Origin: Ignicoccus pacificus DSM 13166
GTDB lineage: Archaea; Thermoproteota; Thermoprotei_A; Sulfolobales; Ignicoccaceae
NCBI GenBank assembly: GCA_025340205.1
Contig: CP006868.1
Span: forward strand, 660,001-692,000
Length of the DNA: 32,000 nucleotides
Reading direction: 5' to 3'
In this document: positions 26,051-32,000 of the stretch, in pieces
How the letters are laid out: each line of letters opens with the position of its first letter
How positions within the stretch are numbered: position 1 is the stretch's first letter
Translations under genes and position numbers: made by a program
Notes under the pieces: model-generated
What the model was told of the DNA's origin: nothing
Database searches by the model: none
Seen by the model: the letters and a program-made list of their open reading frames with translations, nothing else

Positions 26051-26863
26051 GTGGGGCAAGTGCTCAAGTTCGGTAGCTGTAGGAGGCTGTTCCACGAGGA
26101 CTGCGACTATTACGTCGTTCTCGAAGAGGAGTACTGTAAGAAGGAGGAAAACGTATTCTGCTTCCCGGTAATCAACTTCTCGATAGAACCCTTCGGGAAC
26201 ATAGTAGCTGCTGTAGCTACAACCTTGGACTTAAGCAATGAGGGAACCGTCTGCGTCTGTGATAAGGGAGGTTGCGGTAGAAGCGGGACCGTAGCAGCGG
26301 GGGCGCTGGCCTACGCACACTCCGAGTTGCCCTTTTCCCAGTTAAAGAAAATGTTAAGGAACGAGTACGGCCTATTGAAGGAGTGCCCGGAGAAGCCAGA
26401 ACAACTAGAGGCGGTCAGAATGATGTGGGCTGCATTTCACTTTTTCGGAGATGACGGCTTTAGGCTGTTAACTAGAACCACCTACGTCTACACATTCGGT
26501 AAGCCCTCGAGAAACGAGGAGGCTGGCGCTTTCGTGGTGAACGTTACCGATCCTAAGTACGCCAAGAAGGCGAAGTTCTTGCCAATAAGGGTCCTTGGGA
26601 AGAGAATACCATATGGAAGGGAGGCGAGGGTTACGATCAACTCCAAGGAGTTAAGGAGGTACATGGGAATTAGAGGCTCTATAATTCTAGACGAACTGGA
26701 GCGCGTTAGAACCGAAGGAAAGGTCGTCAGACTAGAAGAGCTGACGCCGGACGAGGTCTTGGGTTACGCCCTATCCTATTCGATATTGGAAGGGATGGCC
26801 TTCAAGACGTTGAACCCTGAAGAAGGATTGGTCCTCTTAACCAAATCTCTACTCTTCGATTAA
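26051..26863 (+). CDS. Protein tyrosine/dual-specificity phosphatase-fold protein with non-canonical P-loop
   Basis: GTVCVCDKGGCGRSGTVAAGALAYAHSELPFSQLKKMLRNEYG matches the PTP P-loop and following helices, but HC-x5-R is altered. Confidence 0.65.
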   Translation: MGQVLKFGSCRRLFHEDCDYYVVLEEEYCKKEENVFCFPVINFSIEPFGNIVAAVATTLDLSNEGTVCVCDKGGCGRSGTVAAGALAYAHSELPFSQLKKMLRNEYGLLKECPEKPEQLEAVRMMWAAFHFFGDDGFRLLTRTTYVYTFGKPSRNEEAGAFVVNVTDPKYAKKAKFLPIRVLGKRIPYGREARVTINSKELRRYMGIRGSIILDELERVRTEGKVVRLEELTPDEVLGYALSYSILEGMAFKTLNPEEGLVLLTKSLLFD

Positions 26864-26895
26864 GAGTTGGTTTTACCCTCTCCCTCCCGCACTTC

Positions 26896-27774
26896 TTGGG
26901 TGTTATGCTTCCCTTGAGGATCTTGGTTCTCCATGGCGGGACCGGATGGAAAGAGATTAAGGAGAGGGCTGTATTTGAAATAGAGAGGTGTGCTGAGGAG
27001 GGGTTTGGGTTCGACAGTGCCCTCGATGCCGTGGTCGAGGCCGTAAGATGTATGGAGGACTCGGGGGCCTTCAACGCCGGTAAAGGAGCCGTCTATGATC
27101 TCTTGGGGAATAGGTCTCTCGATGCCGGCGTCTCCTTTAAAGGAAAAATAGGAGCAGTTGCTAACGTTAGCGCCACTAGGAACGCTATACTGCTAGCGAG
27201 ATACGTTATGGATCTACCTCCCCACATGATCTCCGGTCCTCAAGCGGATGAGATAGCGAGACTCCTAGGTCTACCTCCCCTTCCTCCATTGGATGAAGAG
27301 AAGAGAAAAAAGTACGAAGAAGACATTAGAAAGGTACTAGGCTATATTCCCAAAGAACTTAGCTTAGACTTGCTGAGTTTCTTCAAGGGTAAGGAAGAAG
27401 GGTCTGGCACCGTGGGAGCCGTCGCTTTGATCGACGGGGAGTTAGCAGCTGCGACCAGCACGGGCGGAATAAGACTGAAAATGCCGGGGAGAGTGGGGGA
27501 TTCCCCGATCTACGGGGCAGGGTTCTATAGCGATGAAGTCATCGCTTGCTCTGCCACCGGTATAGGTGCCAAGATAGTGAAGTTCATGCCTTGTCTTAAG
27601 CTTGCAGAGGCAGTAAGGAAAGGGAGAGGTCTCAAGGAAGCGGGTAGGGAGATTGTGAAAGCGTCCAAGGATATGCTCGGTCCTTCAATGGGTCTTATTG
27701 CAGTATCCTCTAAGGGAGAGGTATTCTGGGGAACTAACTATAGGAAGATGTTGGTGTCAATGAAGGTTGAATAA
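26896..27774 (+). CDS. Isoaspartyl peptidase / L-asparaginase family (Ntn hydrolase)
   Basis: HGGTG, ALDAVVEAVRCMEDSGAFNAGKGAVYDLLGNRSLDAG, and GTVGAVALIDGELAAATSTGG (Thr nucleophile site). An alternative ATG exists at 26905. Confidence 0.93.
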   Translation: MGVMLPLRILVLHGGTGWKEIKERAVFEIERCAEEGFGFDSALDAVVEAVRCMEDSGAFNAGKGAVYDLLGNRSLDAGVSFKGKIGAVANVSATRNAILLARYVMDLPPHMISGPQADEIARLLGLPPLPPLDEEKRKKYEEDIRKVLGYIPKELSLDLLSFFKGKEEGSGTVGAVALIDGELAAATSTGGIRLKMPGRVGDSPIYGAGFYSDEVIACSATGIGAKIVKFMPCLKLAEAVRKGRGLKEAGREIVKASKDMLGPSMGLIAVSSKGEVFWGTNYRKMLVSMKVE

Positions 27775-27787
27775 AAAGACTCTCGGA

Positions 27788-28336
27788 TTAGACGGGTAGG
27801 ACTTGGCGTCCGGCGGCGTCGTTTATGAGCAAGGCTGCCGAGGTGTAAATCGCCGAAAGCCCTGTTAGCACGCCTTCGGCACCGGCTACCCTCAGTATAG
27901 CCTTACTTCCTGTGGCAAAAGCCGCCGAGAGCAAGAAGAACAGTATAATTAGTAAGAATAGTACCGCAGTAACAGCTCTGGCCTTGCGAAGCCACGAAGC
28001 TATAGTTAGGTAAGCGGTGAAGATGCCCCACATCGCCATCCACGCGGCTAGCTCTCCGGGACTGGTCTTCAGTCCCAGAGTGTTGAGCAAGGCAAAGCCT
28101 ATCCAGAAGAGGCCATAGGAAGTGAAAGCGGTCCCACCAAACATGTTCTTTCTCCTAAATTCGATGATACCCGCGATCACTTGGGCCAGTCCGCCGTATG
28201 CGAAGCCGTAAGCGACGGTGAAGCCGGCCGAAGGTATGACTCCCATGTTATATAGGTTCAACACGACTGTGGTCAGACCGAAGCCGGCCAGGCCTAAGGC
28301 TGCTGCATCAGCCCAAGTTTCTTCGTTGTCCGCCAT
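27788..28336 (-). CDS. Acetate uptake transporter family (GPR1/FUN34/YaaH) membrane protein
   Basis: ADAAALGLAGFGLTTVVLNLYNMG, FAYGGLAQVIAGIIEFRRKNMFGGTAFTSYGLFWIGFALL. Confidence 0.9.
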   Translation of the reverse strand: MADNEETWADAAALGLAGFGLTTVVLNLYNMGVIPSAGFTVAYGFAYGGLAQVIAGIIEFRRKNMFGGTAFTSYGLFWIGFALLNTLGLKTSPGELAAWMAMWGIFTAYLTIASWLRKARAVTAVLFLLIILFFLLSAAFATGSKAILRVAGAEGVLTGLSAIYTSAALLINDAAGRQVLPV

Positions 28337-28596
28337 GACTATTCGCCTTCCTCACAAGAATACCTAGTTACTGTGCTCATAAAGATTTTTCATTTTGGAA
28401 CATCATTAATTATAGAATTATCTGAATAGTTAGTTAGCCATTGCTCATGCTTTCGACTTGTGCCTACATAAAAGTGTAGATTAGGGTTACCTAATGCACA
28501 CCGTATCTTTTAGCTTTGTTAATTATCATTTTTCTACTCGTATGAGAGCTTCTAGCCAGGTTATTGTTGTTGAAGTTGAAAATTAGGAAAGGAGCT

Positions 28597-28684
28597 TGGC
28601 GCCGGGGGCGGGATTTGAACCCGCGCGGGGTTTCCCCCACCGGCTTAGCAGGCCGGCGCCCTAACCAGGCTAGGCGACCCCGGC
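28597..28684 (-). tRNA. tRNA-Ser (GCT), CCA encoded
   Basis: Minus strand GCCGGGGTCGCCTAGCCTGGTTAGGGCGCCGGCCTGCTAAGCCGGTGGGGGAAACCCCGCGCGGGTTCAAATCCCGCCCCCGGCGCCA. The anticodon loop is CTGCTAA, and the variable arm is long (class II). Confidence 0.96.
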
Positions 28685-28814
28685 GGGTGTGACTTCAAGG
28701 TAGCCTTTTTAAATCTTTTCTAATGTTAACGGTCATCTAAGTCGATAAGAATCCATAGAGGTTCGGGAGAACCCTAAATACTCTCACTGTACTCCCAGTA
28801 CTGGTAGCAGCATC

Positions 28815-31800
28815 ATGAAGCTTAGGGTAATGATATTACTAATGACATTGACCTCCTTGGCCTTCGCTATCAACTACAGCAACCTAACAATGTCAGTGGC
28901 GTTGCAGAACTTGGTGCCCTTGCAACCAATTCAATTGAAATCGTCATACGCCGCTATTAAGGCTCTCAAACTAATGAACGTGACATTACCTTCTAACTTG
29001 ACATCTCAGATAGTCCTCGTCACCAAAGAGGCAATAGAACAAGGACTTTACGATCAAGCTGCTTACGGAGTGGCCTCGCTGGCGATGCTAGGTGCTAAGT
29101 GTACTAATCCCACCTTTGTGAAGCTCCTCGATCAAGTAATTCAGAGCAACGACGTATTAGCTAAGCTCGTCGGTTTAGAGGCAATGAGCATAGCCAACTG
29201 TACTGTAAGTGATACGTTATTCAATCAAATAATAAGGGAGGCCGACGCTAAGGCGAGGTCTCTTATAGGAGTTGACAACGACGCGGTCGCTGAAATATAC
29301 TATCATCTACTCCTATTGAGGGTACATGACCCGCAGCTAAGGTCATGGGCTAAGAGAATGGTAATGGCATACGCGGTCCTGTCGACCAACTTCCAGAAGT
29401 CCTTAGCTGAAGTTCACAAACTCGTCCCAGAAGCCGTGTTCACACCAACGGGCTTCGGCTGGCTAGTAGATGCCTTGGCCATCGTAGGAGCTCCAGAGGC
29501 CCAAGTAGGATTAAACCTACTGCTTGACAACCCTCCAGCTAGCGTCCTACCAGCGCTGGTCCAGTTAAGGGTCCTTACAATGTCCAACTTACCTAAAGGA
29601 TACGTACTTCTAACCACCACAGAGTACAAGACGCTTACTTTAATAAAGAGAATCACACTAACTACTACGTCCCTAGAGTACAAGACTATTACATTCAATA
29701 AGACGGAACTCCTTCCCGTGACTAAGAGCTTTACCACTATTATAACAACAACCAAATTCATAGTGTTCCCAGTTGCAATTACTGTACCTTACACGGAAGG
29801 ACTGGCTTACAAGGTGATAAGCCCTAAGAACGCTACCGCCATTTCACTACCATTAGTGACTAGCGTCGTCGTTAAGGAACCAAAGTACAACTTCACTACG
29901 ACCACCTACATCCAGATACCTTTGCCTATAGTCAATAACTTAAAGGAAACTATAGCCACGTTAACTATAACTAACAAAGGAAGGATCTATGTAGTTGTGC
30001 TAGGTGTAGGGAATTTCGTGAAGACGCTCACCAACACGGTCACACTCTTCATCTCGACTACTATATACTCTACCATAACCTCAATAACCACTTCGACGTT
30101 CATTAAGACCATAGTTAACACAGTAACTACTGTAATAACATCACTAATAACAACTACCAGCGTCCTAACCAAAACAGTAACGACCACCGTAACACAGTTG
30201 AAATTCTTATTGGCTACAACCACCACTACGCTGCTTAAGACGGTAACTCAGACGCTGACCGAAACCTTGACCTCGATAGTGACTACTACGTTTAGCACTA
30301 CCTTAACCAGTATCAGTACCATAGTAACAACAACAACTAAGGTCATAACAAGCGTCCTAACTAGCACAATAACGCACATACTCTCATTAGTAAAGACCAC
30401 CACTCAGACGTTAATTAAATCAATAACCTACAGCACAACACTAACTTCATACATAACCAAGTTAAAGACGCTAACGTATTACATAACTAAGACTCTAACG
30501 CTAACTAACAACATAACCACAACAAAGTTAGTCCCAGTAACTAGGATAGTGACAGCTACGTCTACGCTGACTAAGACCTTAACTCTGGTGAACACTACAA
30601 CAGTAACTAACATGGTAAAGGTGATATCAAGTACCACTGTAGTGAAGCCAGTAACCGTAACGTCAGTAAAAACTGTATTAATGACGGTAACTACAACTAC
30701 CCCAACGACGATAACAAGCGTGATCACCAAAACTTACTATTCTACTATAACCCAAACAGTTACCAATAACTTGACCATAACGAGGATAGTCCCAGTTACG
30801 GAAACGCTCACATCCATAGTGACGAGGAACATAACTACCACCTTGACTAAAGTGCTGAAGTTTACCTATACTAGCACGGTTGAGAAGCCCGTCACCGTTT
30901 ACTCGACTGTCAGCGCCTTAGTGACACTGCTCAAGACGATCTATAGTACCATAACCGAAGTAACTCCCGTTGCAGTAACCACTACAGTGACTAACGTACT
31001 TACTAAGGTGTTAACCAGTACCGTAACCACCACGTTTACCTCTATATCTAAGATAGTCAGCACCTTGGTCCTTCCAATTAAGAGCGTAATCACTAAGACA
31101 GTAACCAGCACTGTATTAATGCCCGTCACAAAGACTGTAGTAAGTAAAGAAATCGTCCCAGTAACGACCACAGTAATGGTTCCTAAGACGGTAACTTACA
31201 GTACTACCTACACTAAAGTCGTGATAGAGAATCGCACGAAGATAATTCCTGTAACGACCTCTACAGTATTGTACAAGACTCTGACGACAACTTACGTAAC
31301 CACTTCGACGGTGACTCAGGTTGTGCCATTAGTGGTAAGCACATCTAAGGAGATCACACTCACAAAGGTACTAAGAGTTACCTCCACCGTAACTAAGCTG
31401 ATAAGAGTACCAACGACCGTAACGTTCAAGACCACGATAATAAAGACGGTACAAGAGACGCTCACGAAGACCTTAGTAAGCACAATAACCTCAACCGTAC
31501 TCGTTCCAATGAAGTTAGTTACTACATTGATCAGCACAGTAAAGGTGACGGTATCCAAGGTCGGATTACTACCCATATTCAAGACAATCACAGAAACGAG
31601 CAGCACGACAGTAACTGTTACCACACCTACGACGTTGATGATAACAAGTACCAAGATTCTCTTCAAGACGCTTACCACAACAGTAGAGAAGTTAGTATCT
31701 GCAATTAGTACCGTAACGAAGACTATACTTAACGTCATAAAGCTTGTAGTGACAACGACTAACAACGTCGAAAGAGTAGTCCCAGTGATCAAGACTCAGA

Positions 31801-32000
31801 CTTACACGACGACCCTTACTACCTTCTCCACTATAAACGTAACCAAGACGATTACGTATACCAAACTCCTCACTACAACTCTCATTAGTCCCCTGACTCA
31901 GAGGGTAACCACTACCTTGACGTACACCTCAATAATAGTAGAGCCTATGCTAGTGCCAAAGACTAAGACATTAACCGTTACCAAGGTTCTGGTGAAGACG
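28815..32000 (+). CDS. Giant secreted/surface Thr-rich dyad-repeat protein, 3' truncated by window edge
   Basis: The ATG-initiated frame is open with no stop for 1062 codons (hand translation). It has a signal peptide MKLRVMILLMTLTSLAFA, a helical N-terminal domain of about 220 aa, then more than 700 aa of Thr-rich alternating sequence. It is missing from the ORF track because it has no stop codon in the window. Confidence 0.93.
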   Translation, partial: MKLRVMILLMTLTSLAFAINYSNLTMSVALQNLVPLQPIQLKSSYAAIKALKLMNVTLPSNLTSQIVLVTKEAIEQGLYDQAAYGVASLAMLGAKCTNPTFVKLLDQVIQSNDVLAKLVGLEAMSIANCTVSDTLFNQIIREADAKARSLIGVDNDAVAEIYYHLLLLRVHDPQLRSWAKRMVMAYAVLSTNFQKSLAEVHKLVPEAVFTPTGFGWLVDALAIVGAPEAQVGLNLLLDNPPASVLPALVQLRVLTMSNLPKGYVLLTTTEYKTLTLIKRITLTTTSLEYKTITFNKTELLPVTKSFTTIITTTKFIVFPVAITVPYTEGLAYKVISPKNATAISLPLVTSVVVKEPKYNFTTTTYIQIPLPIVNNLKETIATLTITNKGRIYVVVLGVGNFVKTLTNTVTLFISTTIYSTITSITTSTFIKTIVNTVTTVITSLITTTSVLTKTVTTTVTQLKFLLATTTTTLLKTVTQTLTETLTSIVTTTFSTTLTSISTIVTTTTKVITSVLTSTITHILSLVKTTTQTLIKSITYSTTLTSYITKLKTLTYYITKTLTLTNNITTTKLVPVTRIVTATSTLTKTLTLVNTTTVTNMVKVISSTTVVKPVTVTSVKTVLMTVTTTTPTTITSVITKTYYSTITQTVTNNLTITRIVPVTETLTSIVTRNITTTLTKVLKFTYTSTVEKPVTVYSTVSALVTLLKTIYSTITEVTPVAVTTTVTNVLTKVLTSTVTTTFTSISKIVSTLVLPIKSVITKTVTSTVLMPVTKTVVSKEIVPVTTTVMVPKTVTYSTTYTKVVIENRTKIIPVTTSTVLYKTLTTTYVTTSTVTQVVPLVVSTSKEITLTKVLRVTSTVTKLIRVPTTVTFKTTIIKTVQETLTKTLVSTITSTVLVPMKLVTTLISTVKVTVSKVGLLPIFKTITETSSTTVTVTTPTTLMITSTKILFKTLTTTVEKLVSAISTVTKTILNVIKLVVTTTNNVERVVPVIKTQTYTTTLTTFSTINVTKTITYTKLLTTTLISPLTQRVTTTLTYTSIIVEPMLVPKTKTLTVTKVLVKT

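Noticed and set aside
28437-28510. Small hairpin (ctaca..tgtag) in the intergenic region upstream of the AceTr gene
   Set aside because: Only a 5-bp stem in AT-rich sequence, too weak to call a structured RNA or terminator.
29414-31792. Minus-strand ORFs in the track (115, 79, 83, 76, 158 aa; Val/Thr-rich)
   Set aside because: They are antisense shadows of the Thr/Val-rich plus-strand giant ORF. Thr and Val codons rarely give stops in antisense, and the peptides are low-complexity with no recognisable domain.
28700-32000. CRISPR array or tandem DNA repeat explanation for the repetitive right end
   Set aside because: No fixed-length direct repeats with unique spacers. The repetition is at amino-acid level within a continuous ORF, with variable codons.

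Overview
This window looks like a hyperthermophilic crenarchaeal chromosome segment. Support: thermosome, archaeal L40e, NIP7-like PUA protein, translin, CCA-encoding tRNA genes, and TATA-box promoters. An Ignicoccus/Desulfurococcales-like origin is only an inference. Most of it is ordinary core genome: TrmI fragment, MFS transporters, L40e-NTase-translin-PUA cluster, B3/B4 protein, IMPase, MMPL/RND protein, FkbM methyltransferases, carbamoyltransferase, IlvC, thermosome, CcmC-like protein, CitG-like protein, RlmI-like methyltransferase, CDP-alcohol phosphatidyltransferase, DUF763, asparaginase family and AceTr transporter. Five things stand out. (1) An uninterrupted, untracked ORF runs from 28815 off the right edge (at least 1062 codons). 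It encodes a secreted protein whose last ~650 residues follow a strict two-residue Thr/Pro register, with no Asp, Cys or Trp after about residue 238. (2) A PTP-fold protein at 26051-26863 has the catalytic Cys position occupied by Asp. (3) A probable C/D box sRNA sits at 4067-4136 with a 10-bp terminal stem. (4) A divergent FkbM methyltransferase/carbamoyltransferase pair may share a promoter, and the carbamoyltransferase seems to carry a large insertion. (5) An 8-Cys small protein and a solo CcmC-like protein with an extra loop domain lie close together. Two tRNA genes (Asp-GTC, Ser-GCT) and an untracked 55-aa L40e gene were read by eye. No CRISPR array, transposase or rRNA was recognised.
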